Below the pieces are notes generated by a model. The model had not been told where the DNA came from and did no database searches. It saw only the letters and a list, made by a program, of their open reading frames with translations. A program made the position numbers and the translations under genes. Shown here piece after piece: positions 18,755 to 28,561 of a stretch of DNA of 64,000 nucleotides (position 1 is its first letter; every line of letters begins with the position of its first letter). This DNA is from an uncultured Acidobacteriota bacterium (GTDB lineage: Bacteria > Acidobacteriota > Vicinamibacteria > Vicinamibacterales > JAKQTR01), in assembly GCA_963813325.1 (NCBI GenBank), contig CAWEYM010000003.1:486128-550127 (forward strand). The letters are read 5' to 3'.

Positions 18755-21700
18755 TCAACGGGCCGGCGCCGTCCCCGGTTTCACCGGCCGCACCCGGAGC
18801 ATCGTCAGGTTGACGCTGTCCTGCGGCCCGTCGTCTTCGATGCGATCGATCCGGTAACGCCCGTCGCGCAGGTACTTCACGTGCGCCATCAGGTAGGAGA
18901 ACCCCGGCTTCGTGACGAGCGTGAGCCACGCGCCCTGCGCGGTTTCGTCAGGCGTTTCCGTGCCCCCCGACTCGAAGGTCACCTGCGGCCAGTTGCGCAT
19001 CGACTGCCGCGAGCCGCCGCTCGGGGCGAGGCTCGTCCCGCGGGGCTCGCCCGTCTCGGGATCGGTGTAGTAGATCGTCGTGTCCTTGTAGACCTCCTGG
19101 TTGAACACGTACGGGGCATAGCCGAACGCCCACTTCCGGTACCGGTCCTGCGCGCGCAGGTCCATCTCCCGGACGTCGACGTTGCTGTTGATCTCGCGCA
19201 CGATCGCCTCGCGCAGCGCCTCGACCGCGCCCACGTGGTCCGGGTAGCGGGGGTCGCGCAGCCCGCCCATGCTCGTGTACCAGCCCCGCGTCGACCAGTA
19301 GCTGCGGAAGCCCGGCGGCACGTAGCCCGCGAACTGCTGCACCCACTCGTGAGAAGGGTAGCCGTGCGGGTTCAGGTAGATGTCGGGCAGCCACTCCTCC
19401 CACAGGCGTCCGCGCACGAGCGCCTCGGGCAGCAGCGGGTCCGGGCGTCCCACCTGCGACTGCACGTCCATGCCGAGGGCGCTGTAGCGTCCCGCGTGCA
19501 GCATGTGCGTCGGCGTCAGCTTCTGCAGGTCATAGGCCATCGCCGCGCCATCCGGGTTCTCCACCGGGTGCAGGATGATGTTCACGTGCTCGAGGATGGC
19601 CGTGTACGCCGGATCGGTCGCCAGCAGCTCGGCCAGGCGCAGGATGTGGCTCGTGGACGACACCTCGTTCGCATGCTGGCGGCCGGTGATGAGCAGCGTC
19701 GGCTTGTAGGCCGTCAGCTTGGCGGTCGACACCAGCTCGCTCGGCGTCGGCAGCGTGATCTCCATCACCGAAATGTCCCGCCCCCGGTAGGATCGGCCGG
19801 CGCGGTAGCTCTTGATCTCGGGGTAAGCCGACAGCTTCCGGACGATGTCCTCCGATTCCTCCGGGCTGATGATGTGATCCCAGGTCACCACGGGGCCGGC
19901 TGGTTTGCCGGAGGCATGGCGGACATTGGACGGCGGCGCCTCGCCGGTGCTGGCGACCACCCGCCTGGCGCGCGCGTCCTTGAGCACGACGGAGAGCGCC
20001 AGCCCGTCGACGTGCGCGTAGGACAGGACCTGGCGGTAGAGGCCGGCCGCGTGCAGGCGCGCGAGCCCGTCGATCGCGTCGGCGGCGCGCGCCGCCGACG
20101 CGTCGTCCTTCGCCTCGACCTGCAGCTCGATCTCGCGCAGGCGATCGGGCCTCGCCACGACGCGCGTCACCACCGGCGGCGTCGCATCGACGGCCGCGAG
20201 GTCCTTGCTGACGCGTGTCGGCTTGTCCTCGCCCTTCACGGTGTAGCTCACCTGCAGCATCGACTTGGTCGAGGCGTTGCCCGCGTAGAGAACGCGGGCC
20301 TGTCCCGCCTGGCCGTTCCGCGCGGGGTGGATGATGGGGAAGATCTTGCCGGGTCCCGCCAGCCGGCGCTTCGTCGTCGTGCGGCCGAGCGCGTCGAAGA
20401 AGTCGAGCGTGACGAAGTACAGATCCTCGTGCAGCGACTCGAGCGAGGACACCAGCTCTTCGTCCACGCCGATCCGGAAGTCGGGCTCGCTCATCCAGAC
20501 CTCGATGTCGAGATCGCGATGGAACGGCTGCTTGTCCGGCAGCGGCTTGTTGTCGGTGACCTTCATCACGTGATCGTAGATGCGCGGCAGGACCTTCGCC
20601 TGGTAGTAGTCCCAGAAGCGCTCGGGGTCGGTCGCGATGCGCGCGTCCACGATCGACTGGCCGTCCACGCGCGCCCGCAGCCAGCCGGTCGTGACCTCGA
20701 CCCGCGACCATCCCGGGAACTTGTCCAGGTACTCGCGCTCGACGACCTTCGGGCTGAACGCCGCCTGGTACACGATCCGGCCCGCGGCGTCCGCGGCCTC
20801 GAACGCGTAGGTGTCGGTCGCGTCGCGGACGAGCTCGAGCGAGAAGTTCTGCCTGGGTATGCCGAGCTCGCGCTGGGCGATCTCGTCGGCGGGATAGAGT
20901 TCCTGGAGCCAGCGGCTGGGCACCATGTAGAACTTGTAGGTCTTGGTGAGGTCGGGCACGTACTCCTTCACGCGGATCCGGATGGTGCGGGCGCCCTTGC
21001 CCTTCAGCCGCGGGTAGACCTGCTCGGTCAGCCACAGGTAGCCCTGCTTGTAGGCCGACAGGACCGTCACCTGCGGATCGCGCGCGCCCGCCTGCGCCAG
21101 CTCGGCCCGCGCCTTGTCCGCGAGGTCCTTCCGGACCTCGGGCGACTCGCTCAGACGCACCTCCACGTCGACCGTCGAGTCCTTCTTCACCTTGGGCAGC
21201 ACCTCGCCGCGCAGCTTCGCCCAGAACTCGTCCACCTCCCACGGCACGTCGATCTTGTCCTCGAAAACCGTGACCGGGTCGGTGATGCCCTGGCTCTTCG
21301 CCTCGATCTTCGCACCTGGGAAGGCCGTCGCGATCTGCCGGGCGAGAAATGCGTCGAGCTGCGGGTTGGCCGTTTCGAGGAACAGCTTGGCGTCGAACGA
21401 CTCGACGTTCTTCCCCTTCGCGTCCGCCAGGATGCCGTCGAGCGCGCGCACGGCCTGGCCGGCCTGGCCGGCCGCGCTCCGGGCCTGGAAGAACCGCTGC
21501 ACGTCGGTCTTGAGGTCACCGAGCGTGAAGGCGCCGCGCTCGACCTCCCACAGGTACGGCGCGCGGCGCGCCAGGTAGAGGCTGGCCGCCTCGGTGCCGG
21601 CCGGATCGGCGCCGGCCACGACCGTCGCCGTCGCGGCGCCGAAGGCCCGCGGCACGACCTGCACCGCGCCCTCGCCCGGCTGCAGATCGTCGATGCGCGC

Positions 21701-22942
21701 CTTGCCGATCTTGATGAGGTCTCCGACCAGCGTGTTGCCCTTTCCGACGAGAATCGGGTTGGCCTCGCGCGCGGCGTCCCGCACCTTCGCGTCGCGCTTG
21801 GTGACCGGCAGCGTCACGCCCGTGCTCTCGAGGCCGAGGCGGGTGGCGATGTGCGCTGCGCCCAGCGCGTCACGCGCCTCGCCCAGCACGATGGTGGTCT
21901 CGAAGCGATCCGGAATGAGGTCGCGGTAGGCGTCGCCGAACCAGCCGTCGATCCCGTAGGTGTTCGAGAGGTCGAACGTCTTGGCCGGCGCGCTCCGGGT
22001 CTCGGCGGCCGAGCCGCGTTCGCCCGGCGAGTCGAGCGCCAGCTCGTCAGGTTCGATCGGCGGCGTGAGCGTCCGCGAGTTGAGGCCGGAGCGGTGCACG
22101 ACCGCCCGCCCGGCCGCGCGGCCGCCCGATCGGAACTCGACCACCGTGCCGGCGACGTTCGCGAAGTCGAGCGTCCGCGCCTCCTGGCCCATGCGGTGCG
22201 CCCGCTCGAGCGCCTCGATCGCGGCGATGCCGCTGGAGGCCTGGCCGGCCGGCGTCTCCACGCTGACGGTCGCGGCCAGGATCCCCCGGCGCTCCCTGTC
22301 CACGACCAGCGATGTGACCGCGACGCTCGCGACCTGGATCCCGCGCGACCGCAGGAAACGCCGCGCCTGATCCTCGATGCCGCCAAGGGTGATGCCGCTC
22401 GTCCCCCAGAGCCTCGGCAGTCGCGCCGCCAGCTCGACTCCCGCCGCCAGCGTGCCGTCGTCGTCCGCGCCCGCCACGACCGCGCCGTCGCCGCCGCCGA
22501 GCGGCGACCGCACCAGCGCGACCAGGCCCTGGCCTTTCTCGAGCGTCTTCAGATCGATCGAGCCTGCCGCGGCCAGTTTCTGCACGAACGCGTTGTCACG
22601 CCCGACGAGGATCGGCACCCCGATCGACGCCGGATCCGTGACCTGCTGATCGCGGACGACGAGCGGCAGCGTCAGGGCCGTCGTTTCGAATCCGAGGCGC
22701 GCGGCGATGTTGGCGGCAGCCTCGAGGTCCCCGAGCGTCGCGTCCGCCGGCACCACGACACGCGCGGCCACCGCGTCGGCGAGCCCATCCCCGTTGGTGT
22801 CGCGCACGACGCCGGATGCCCGGTCGAACAGCCCGGCGAGCCCCGGGACCGGCACAGGCCCGGCCGCGAGCCCCGGGGCAGGCCAGGAACCCGAGAGACC
22901 GAGGGCCAGCAGGACACCACAGAGGACGAGTGCACGTTTCAT
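18755..22942 (-). CDS. Large secreted M14-family zinc metallopeptidase-like protein (~1395 aa)
   Basis: Signal peptide; C-terminal M14 motifs GRSYRGR, GRQHANE, PVENPDG, NPHGYP; long N-terminal region with an internal duplication. Confidence 0.85.
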   Translation of the reverse strand: MKRALVLCGVLLALGLSGSWPAPGLAAGPVPVPGLAGLFDRASGVVRDTNGDGLADAVAARVVVPADATLGDLEAAANIAARLGFETTALTLPLVVRDQQVTDPASIGVPILVGRDNAFVQKLAAAGSIDLKTLEKGQGLVALVRSPLGGGDGAVVAGADDDGTLAAGVELAARLPRLWGTSGITLGGIEDQARRFLRSRGIQVASVAVTSLVVDRERRGILAATVSVETPAGQASSGIAAIEALERAHRMGQEARTLDFANVAGTVVEFRSGGRAAGRAVVHRSGLNSRTLTPPIEPDELALDSPGERGSAAETRSAPAKTFDLSNTYGIDGWFGDAYRDLIPDRFETTIVLGEARDALGAAHIATRLGLESTGVTLPVTKRDAKVRDAAREANPILVGKGNTLVGDLIKIGKARIDDLQPGEGAVQVVPRAFGAATATVVAGADPAGTEAASLYLARRAPYLWEVERGAFTLGDLKTDVQRFFQARSAAGQAGQAVRALDGILADAKGKNVESFDAKLFLETANPQLDAFLARQIATAFPGAKIEAKSQGITDPVTVFEDKIDVPWEVDEFWAKLRGEVLPKVKKDSTVDVEVRLSESPEVRKDLADKARAELAQAGARDPQVTVLSAYKQGYLWLTEQVYPRLKGKGARTIRIRVKEYVPDLTKTYKFYMVPSRWLQELYPADEIAQRELGIPRQNFSLELVRDATDTYAFEAADAAGRIVYQAAFSPKVVEREYLDKFPGWSRVEVTTGWLRARVDGQSIVDARIATDPERFWDYYQAKVLPRIYDHVMKVTDNKPLPDKQPFHRDLDIEVWMSEPDFRIGVDEELVSSLESLHEDLYFVTLDFFDALGRTTTKRRLAGPGKIFPIIHPARNGQAGQARVLYAGNASTKSMLQVSYTVKGEDKPTRVSKDLAAVDATPPVVTRVVARPDRLREIELQVEAKDDASAARAADAIDGLARLHAAGLYRQVLSYAHVDGLALSVVLKDARARRVVASTGEAPPSNVRHASGKPAGPVVTWDHIISPEESEDIVRKLSAYPEIKSYRAGRSYRGRDISVMEITLPTPSELVSTAKLTAYKPTLLITGRQHANEVSSTSHILRLAELLATDPAYTAILEHVNIILHPVENPDGAAMAYDLQKLTPTHMLHAGRYSALGMDVQSQVGRPDPLLPEALVRGRLWEEWLPDIYLNPHGYPSHEWVQQFAGYVPPGFRSYWSTRGWYTSMGGLRDPRYPDHVGAVEALREAIVREINSNVDVREMDLRAQDRYRKWAFGYAPYVFNQEVYKDTTIYYTDPETGEPRGTSLAPSGGSRQSMRNWPQVTFESGGTETPDETAQGAWLTLVTKPGFSYLMAHVKYLRDGRYRIDRIEDDGPQDSVNLTMLRVRPVKPGTAPAR

Positions 22943-23079
22943 GGCGATCTCCACCGGGGTTCGTGCGCGAACGCCCTGACCAGAGGCCCCGCAGCCAGGC
23001 TGGGGCGATGGTGAGTTGTCCTGGGATGTGCCCCCGCGGGTCCACGCGGATTATAGCCGATTGCCGCAACCAGCCGGAA

Positions 23080-23096
23080 TTGGGGTCAGGCCCCAA
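23080..23096. repeat. Short REP-like palindrome
   Basis: TTGGGG-TCAGG-CCCCAA in a divergent intergenic region; single copy in the window. Confidence 0.4.
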
Positions 23097-23211
23097 ATCT
23101 CACTCCAGTCTCATTTTCGAGCGGGGTGGTCAGACCACTGCGGCCGGTTGGCCGGTGTCCGGCGGGCCCGGCGTGCTCGCGCGCGGAGAATGCCTGGCGT
23201 AGACTTGGCCC

Positions 23212-23892
23212 ATGTCCGTCGCCGCGCATCTCCATATTCGACTCGCAGATTACGATCGCCGGGTCCGTACGTTCATCCCGGCCTACGAGGAACTTCTCGA
23301 CGCCACGGCTGCTCTGTGCGGACCCGTGCTTGCGGCCCGGACGGGATCGGCCCTGATCGACCTGGGCATCGGCACCGGCGCGCTCGCGGCCCGCTGCCTC
23401 ACGGCGGCGCCATCGGCCAGCCTGGTCGGGATCGACTCGGACCCGGCGATGCTCCGCGTCGCCATGCGTCGGTTTGCGAGGCGCCGGAACCCGGTCACGC
23501 TCATCCATGCCGACCTCGCCAGATGCGCACTCCCGCCCGCGGACGCCATCGCCGCGACGCTCGCGCTGCACCATGTCCGAACCAGGGCCGACAAGCTCGC
23601 CGTCTTCAGGCGGTGCTTCAAGGCGCTTCGTCCCGGTGGCATCATCGCCAGCGGCGACTGTCATCCAAGCGCCGTCAGGACGATTGCGGCACGCCAGATG
23701 GAGCGCTGGATGGCGCACATGCGGACGTCCTACAGCGCCGGCGAGACCCGGCGGTTCCTCGAGGCGTGGGCCGGGGAAGACAACTACATGCCGCTCGGCG
23801 ACGAGCTGGTGCTCCTGGCGCGCGCGGGGTTTACCGTGGACGTGGCGTGGCGGCGGGACGCGTTTGCCGTCGTGGTCGGCGCGAAGCCGTAG
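23212..23892 (+). CDS. Class I SAM-dependent methyltransferase
   Basis: IDLGIGTG motif I, GIDSDPAML, LALHHV, L.PGG; IPAYEE N-terminus typical of the CmoA-like group. Confidence 0.9.
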   Translation: MSVAAHLHIRLADYDRRVRTFIPAYEELLDATAALCGPVLAARTGSALIDLGIGTGALAARCLTAAPSASLVGIDSDPAMLRVAMRRFARRRNPVTLIHADLARCALPPADAIAATLALHHVRTRADKLAVFRRCFKALRPGGIIASGDCHPSAVRTIAARQMERWMAHMRTSYSAGETRRFLEAWAGEDNYMPLGDELVLLARAGFTVDVAWRRDAFAVVVGAKP

Positions 23893-24009
23893 GATCCGCC
23901 GGCGGCCCTGCAGTCCCGGGCAGCGCCGGGAGGATGGGCGAGCCGGATGGGGTCACAGCGGACGCAGGCTGGAGAAGCGGGGATCGCGTCGGATTCGCTC
24001 CACAAAGCA

Positions 24010-24035
24010 GAAGAGCCGGCTTGCGCCGGCTCTTC
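24010..24035 (-). terminator. Hairpin terminator between convergent genes
   Basis: GAAGAGCCGGC-TTGC-GCCGGCTCTTC, a perfect 11-bp stem, followed by TGCTTTG on the minus strand. Confidence 0.6.
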
Positions 24036-24068
24036 GCGCGTGTACCCGAAGCGGGAGGGGACGTGCGT

Positions 24069-24638
24069 CTACTGGCCGCGGCCCGCGCCGTCCAGGGCGC
24101 TGCTCATCTCTGCGTCGGTCTTCAGGTCGTTGGTGACCGAGAAGGCGCCGAAGTTGGTAGCGAGCGACCGCGCCAGCATCCGCTCCACGTTGCTGTTCAC
24201 GACGCCGGTCAGCGTGACCCGGCCGTTCTCCACGATCACGTGAATCGGCGGATTCGCCATCGACGCGTACTGCCAGAACGACGTATTGCCGTAGATGGCC
24301 CGCGCGATCCGGTAGCGCAACTCGTCGTCGAACTGCGACACCGGCAGCACGTCGAGCTTGTCGATCACCCGTACGACGCCGTCGGCCCTGCCGACCCGCT
24401 TCTCGATTTCCTGCCTCTTGTACGGCATCGTCACCTTGCCGACCAGCGTCACCACGCCGTTGTCCACCGATGCGCTGATGTCATCGAAGATCGTGTACAT
24501 CGGGTACGACTGAACGGCTTGCGCGACCGCCTTGAACACCTGCAAGTCCTTCGGCTGCTGCGCCTGTTGAGCCAGCGCGGGAGCGACCGACATCGCCAGC
24601 GCCGCGAGGCCCGCGACGAAAACCTTTGCCCTGAACAT
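24069..24638 (-). CDS. Periplasmic dual-BON domain protein (OsmY-like)
   Basis: Signal peptide (ALA-Q); two BON units (VDNGVVTLVG..GVVRVIDKL; VENGRVTLTGVV..SVTNDL); RBS AAGGAG. Confidence 0.9.
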   Translation of the reverse strand: MFRAKVFVAGLAALAMSVAPALAQQAQQPKDLQVFKAVAQAVQSYPMYTIFDDISASVDNGVVTLVGKVTMPYKRQEIEKRVGRADGVVRVIDKLDVLPVSQFDDELRYRIARAIYGNTSFWQYASMANPPIHVIVENGRVTLTGVVNSNVERMLARSLATNFGAFSVTNDLKTDAEMSSALDGAGRGQ

Positions 24639-24739
24639 GATGCTCCTTCCCGGGCCGTGCACTCTCCGGGGGGCCTGATCGCCACTCGGTACCCTTGGTC
24701 CCATCCGAATCTCTCGACCCATCGTCTGCCCAATTAGCT

Positions 24740-24755
24740 ATCAAGGGTCGTGCCA
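24740..24755 (-). promoter_or_regulatory. sigma54-like promoter for the BON gene
   Basis: TGGCACGACCCTTGAT: consensus -24 element, -12 GA variant. Confidence 0.55.
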
Positions 24756-24856
24756 GTCGGACCGGCCTCCTTCTGGCCGGAAACCCTGGCAGCGGCCGGC
24801 GGCAGGGCCCCGCTGACACCTCGGCAGGACAGTCCGTGGCGCCCGCCGGTGCCAGC

Positions 24857-25588
24857 CTACAGCAGCACCACGACGCCAATGCCGGCGGCGACGAGGAGCA
24901 CCTGCCGCACGGCGCCGCGGTCCGTCGGGCCTCGGTGCAGGCTGGGAATCAGGTCCGACATGGCGATGTAGAGGAAGCTGGCGGCGGCCAGCGGAAGGAA
25001 GTAGGGCAGGATGCGCGGCAGGTGGCTGATCGCCAGGCCCGCGAGAACCACGCCGCCGATGGCGGAGAGCCCGGAGAGCACGTTGAGCCAGAGCGCCCGC
25101 AAGCGACTGTAGCCGGCGCTCAGCAGGATCGCGAAGTCGCCGACTTCCTGGGGGATCTCGTGCGCGGCGACCGCCAGGGCGGTCGTCAGGCCGAGCGGCA
25201 CCGACAGGTGCGTGGCGGCCGCGATGACCGCCCCGTCGATGAAGTTGTGGACGCCGTCCCCGATCAGGATGAGCGGCGCGGCCGAGTGATGGATCTCGCA
25301 GTGGTCGGTGTGGCAGTGACGCCAGAGGACCATCTTCTCGAACACGAAGAAGACCATGATGCCGCCGAGCAGCGCGCCGAAGACCGATCCGGACGGCAGC
25401 GACTCGAGCGCCTCGGGCAGCAGGTCCAGCAGCGCCACGCCGAGCAGCGTGCCGACCGCGAAGCTCACGAGCCAGGGGACGAGCCTGACCCTCACGCGAT
25501 CGGGGAAAACCAGCAGCGTCGACGCCAGGATGACGCCGCCCAGACTGCCGAGGATGCTGAACGCGATGGCAATGGCAATGACGGACAC
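24857..25588 (-). CDS. ZIP family divalent metal (Zn) transporter
   Basis: LLPEA, His-rich loop WRHCHTDHCEIHH, GDGVHNFIDG, HEIPQEVGD, FLYIAMSDLIP. Confidence 0.93.
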   Translation of the reverse strand: MSVIAIAIAFSILGSLGGVILASTLLVFPDRVRVRLVPWLVSFAVGTLLGVALLDLLPEALESLPSGSVFGALLGGIMVFFVFEKMVLWRHCHTDHCEIHHSAAPLILIGDGVHNFIDGAVIAAATHLSVPLGLTTALAVAAHEIPQEVGDFAILLSAGYSRLRALWLNVLSGLSAIGGVVLAGLAISHLPRILPYFLPLAAASFLYIAMSDLIPSLHRGPTDRGAVRQVLLVAAGIGVVVLL

Positions 25589-25659
25589 GCTCGCATCATA
25601 GCCCGAGTCCGCCGGCTGTCAGGAAACGAATCGTCCGGGCCCGCGGCCCTGTGCGAGGG

Positions 25660-26745
25660 TCACGACGCGACGAAGCCGCGCCTGGCGCGCACGTGGTAGT
25701 CGTGATTGCGAATCTCGACCCGGATGCTGTGCCAGCGGCCATCCTTCGCCGCGGCGGCCGGGTACGCAAGGACGTACTGGCGGCTCAACTCGTCGGCCAC
25801 ACCCGCGGTGGCCGGGTCGAGATCGTCGGCGCCGCGGATGATCTCCGTGCGGCCGCCGCTGTCGTCGGTCATCGCCCGCAGCGCCTCGACGTTGACGCGC
25901 TCCTCGGCGCTGATCGGCAGGCGCGAGGGAGGACGCGGCTCCGGCGGGAGCGGCTCCGGCGGGAACCGCTGCGGCGGGAACGGCTTCCGCACGGGCCCTC
26001 CCCAGGGCGGCGGCGCCGGAATGCCCACCGGCGGCTGCGCCGGCCGCCTCCTGACGAACGGTGCCGCGCTGCCGTCGCCATCGATGCCGATCGCGTAGAC
26101 CAGCACCTCGGACTCGTGAATCAGCTCGCGCACCTCGACCGCGGACGTTCTGCTGCCGGTGTCGTTGCCGTCCGAGATGATGACGAGCGCCTTCTTGTGG
26201 TGCCGCCCCGACTGGGCCATGGGCACGGCCTCGGCCACCGCGTCGTACATGGTGGTCTCGCCGCTCGGCACGATCCCGCCGAGCCGGCGCCGCAACAGGG
26301 CGCGGTCCGTCGTCCAACCCTGCACCAGCACGGGCTCGTCGGAGAAGCGGTACAGGAAGATCTCGTCCTGCGGATCGAGCAGGTCGTACAGGAAGCGGTC
26401 CAGGGCACGCCGTGCAGCGACGATCTTCACGCCCGCCATGCTGGACGATGTGTCCAGGGCGATGCCGAGGCTGACCGGCACGCGTTCGCTGCTGAAGTAG
26501 GTGATCGGCTGCGGCGCGCCGTCCTCGTACACAACGAAGTCTTCCCGCCGCAGGTTCGGGACGAAACGGCCGCGCGCATCGGTCACCGTGGCGGTGACGT
26601 TGACCAGCGCCACGCCGGTGCGGAAGCGGGTCCCGCCGGGCTGCTGCTGCCGGCCGGTGGCCACGCCCACCGTGGCGACCACCAGACCGATACCGACCAC
26701 CAGCGGGGCCGGGGTACCCGCCCAGGCGCCGCGAGCCCTGCACAT
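25660..26745 (-). CDS. VWA domain protein, acidobacterial VWFA-related type
   Basis: FRTGVALVNV..TVTD..GRFV..L..EDF.VYEDG, MIDAS DTSSSM, T.MYDA, ISDG.D, C-terminal VRARRGF; Pro-rich insert. Start position uncertain. Confidence 0.9.
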   Translation of the reverse strand: MCRARGAWAGTPAPLVVGIGLVVATVGVATGRQQQPGGTRFRTGVALVNVTATVTDARGRFVPNLRREDFVVYEDGAPQPITYFSSERVPVSLGIALDTSSSMAGVKIVAARRALDRFLYDLLDPQDEIFLYRFSDEPVLVQGWTTDRALLRRRLGGIVPSGETTMYDAVAEAVPMAQSGRHHKKALVIISDGNDTGSRTSAVEVRELIHESEVLVYAIGIDGDGSAAPFVRRRPAQPPVGIPAPPPWGGPVRKPFPPQRFPPEPLPPEPRPPSRLPISAEERVNVEALRAMTDDSGGRTEIIRGADDLDPATAGVADELSRQYVLAYPAAAAKDGRWHSIRVEIRNHDYHVRARRGFVAS

Positions 26746-26759
26746 GGAACGCTCCCGCC

Positions 26760-27671
26760 CTACCGGACAGCCGCTGCCAGGTCCGCGTGCCGGGACGTGC
26801 GCAACGGGGCTGGCGCGCCCCGGGGTGCCTCCGCCGCCCCCCGGACGTCCACGTGCGGCAGCATGCGGCTGCCCACCCTGAAGCTCAGCCGATACCGTCC
26901 GACGGCCGTGCCGTCGGGCAACGACACTTCGAAGGGGGACTCCGCGCCGGGCGCCAGCACGGTCTGAACGATCGCCGCCTGGCTCGTGCCCAGGAAGGCC
27001 CCTTGCCGATCGAAGAGATACACGACAGCGGCCAGGTCCTCGACGTCGTCGCTGCGCGCCGGGTTGCGGACGACACCCCGGATCGACAGATGCTGCCCAT
27101 CCCTCGCATGCGTCAGGGAGACGAGTTCGAGCGCCCCGGGCGATCCGGCGTGCGCCACCGCCTGCGCCAGCCGCGCGTTGCGCTCACTGATCGCGATGAC
27201 CGAACTGCCGATGCCCAGGACGACGACGGCCCCGACGCCAAGGACCAGCGACAGCCGGCGGCCCGTGTCCTGCGATCGATCGCGGCTGCCGGGCCGGGCA
27301 CGTTCCGGTGCCGGCGGGCTCGACCCGGCCGGTGCGACCGACGGCTGGTCCATCGCGAGATCGGTCCACGGAGGATCGGCCTCGACGGCAGACCCCGACA
27401 GGTTCCAGGGATCCTCCGCGGCGTCCGGCCGCGGATGTCCGGACCTGCCAGGCCATGACGGCTCCGGCAGGCGGGCGACGATCTCGGCCGTGGATGGGGC
27501 GTTCCCGGGCCACGCGGCGGCCTCGCTGTCGCGCCCGGCAGCCTCGAGTGCGGCCGCGCGCGCACCGGACCGGCGCCGTACCACGCGCAGGACGCGGCCG
27601 GTGATGACGCCCATGGCGAGCGCGAGAAGCAGGGAGACCAGCGTGACGGCGACGAGTAACGAGTCCACCAT
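26760..27671 (-). CDS. Membrane-anchored FxLYD/DUF3426-like protein
   Basis: Two TM segments; C-terminal IRGVVRNP..VYLFDRQG..LAPGAESPFEV. Confidence 0.7.
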   Translation of the reverse strand: MVDSLLVAVTLVSLLLALAMGVITGRVLRVVRRRSGARAAALEAAGRDSEAAAWPGNAPSTAEIVARLPEPSWPGRSGHPRPDAAEDPWNLSGSAVEADPPWTDLAMDQPSVAPAGSSPPAPERARPGSRDRSQDTGRRLSLVLGVGAVVVLGIGSSVIAISERNARLAQAVAHAGSPGALELVSLTHARDGQHLSIRGVVRNPARSDDVEDLAAVVYLFDRQGAFLGTSQAAIVQTVLAPGAESPFEVSLPDGTAVGRYRLSFRVGSRMLPHVDVRGAAEAPRGAPAPLRTSRHADLAAAVR

Positions 27672-27938
27672 GGCAATACCGCGCGTGGCGCGGCTCCTAT
27701 GCGCGAATCAATTGGAGCCCGATATACCGTCACCCCGACCATGACGTCGACCGCGACGCCCTTTCTCGTCGTCGGGGCGGGTACTCTCCTTTTCGGCCGA
27801 TCGCGGCCAAACCTTGCGCGTTGCGGTGCGGGAAATCTGCCAGGGTGTTCCCGGTTCGAGCCAGGAGCGCTGCGCGCGGACGTTCGCGCGGCAGCCCGGC
27901 TGGACGAACTCCCGCCGGGCTGGCGTAAGATAGCGCCG

Positions 27939-28499
27939 ATGTTCAAGATCTTCCGGACGGCGCAGGGCCCGCGCGAACTCACCCAGGCGATGGTGGGGGT
28001 GCGCCTGGGCGAGCGGTTCGTGCAGTTCGGCCCGGGCGATCCCGCGGTGTTTGCCGCGCTGGCGGGCAAGGCCGGCCTGACCGGCCGTGCGTGCGCCGTG
28101 GCGCCCGACGCCGCCGCGGCGCGGCTGCTGGAAGCGGCCGGGGTCGAGGAGGGTGTGCTGATCGAGGTCGAGATCGCGCCCCCCGGGGCGACGCGGCTCG
28201 AGGATCAGGGGTTCGACGTTGCCGTCGTGGATGGCAACCTGCTCGTGGCCGGCCCCGAGGGCGACCGGGTCGCGTGGCTGCGCGACGCGCGCCGGGTCCT
28301 GCGTGGAGGCGCCCGGCTGGTGGCGGTGTACCGGGCCAGTCGCGGCACTGCCGCCTGGCTCGGCCTCGACCGCACGACCGGGGGGTCGATCGTCCCGCTC
28401 ATCACGGGCGCGCTCAGCGAGGCCGGGTTCCAGCCTGTCCGCCTGCTGGCCGAGCGGGAGGGCCTGACCTTCGTGGAGGGGTTCCGGCCGTCCGCGTGA
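27939..28499 (+). CDS. Methyltransferase-fold protein with degenerate SAM motif
   Basis: VGLTGRA-like segment, FDVAVV, ARRVLRGG.RL; motif I reads QFGPGD. Confidence 0.6.
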   Translation: MFKIFRTAQGPRELTQAMVGVRLGERFVQFGPGDPAVFAALAGKAGLTGRACAVAPDAAAARLLEAAGVEEGVLIEVEIAPPGATRLEDQGFDVAVVDGNLLVAGPEGDRVAWLRDARRVLRGGARLVAVYRASRGTAAWLGLDRTTGGSIVPLITGALSEAGFQPVRLLAEREGLTFVEGFRPSA

Positions 28500-28561
28500 C
28501 GGCCCTGCGCCCGGGTCGGGCGGCACGGGTGCCAGGGGCGACCGTGATATAGTTCTTGCCC

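Noticed and set aside
18545-23014. 1489-aa plus-strand ORF, and similar long ORFs at 15792-18134, 11805-13748, 13757-15655, 54250-57273 and 28205-30055
   Set aside because: They are antisense shadows of well-supported genes. High-GC codon bias removes stops on the opposite strand, and the translations are Arg/Gly-rich with no motifs.
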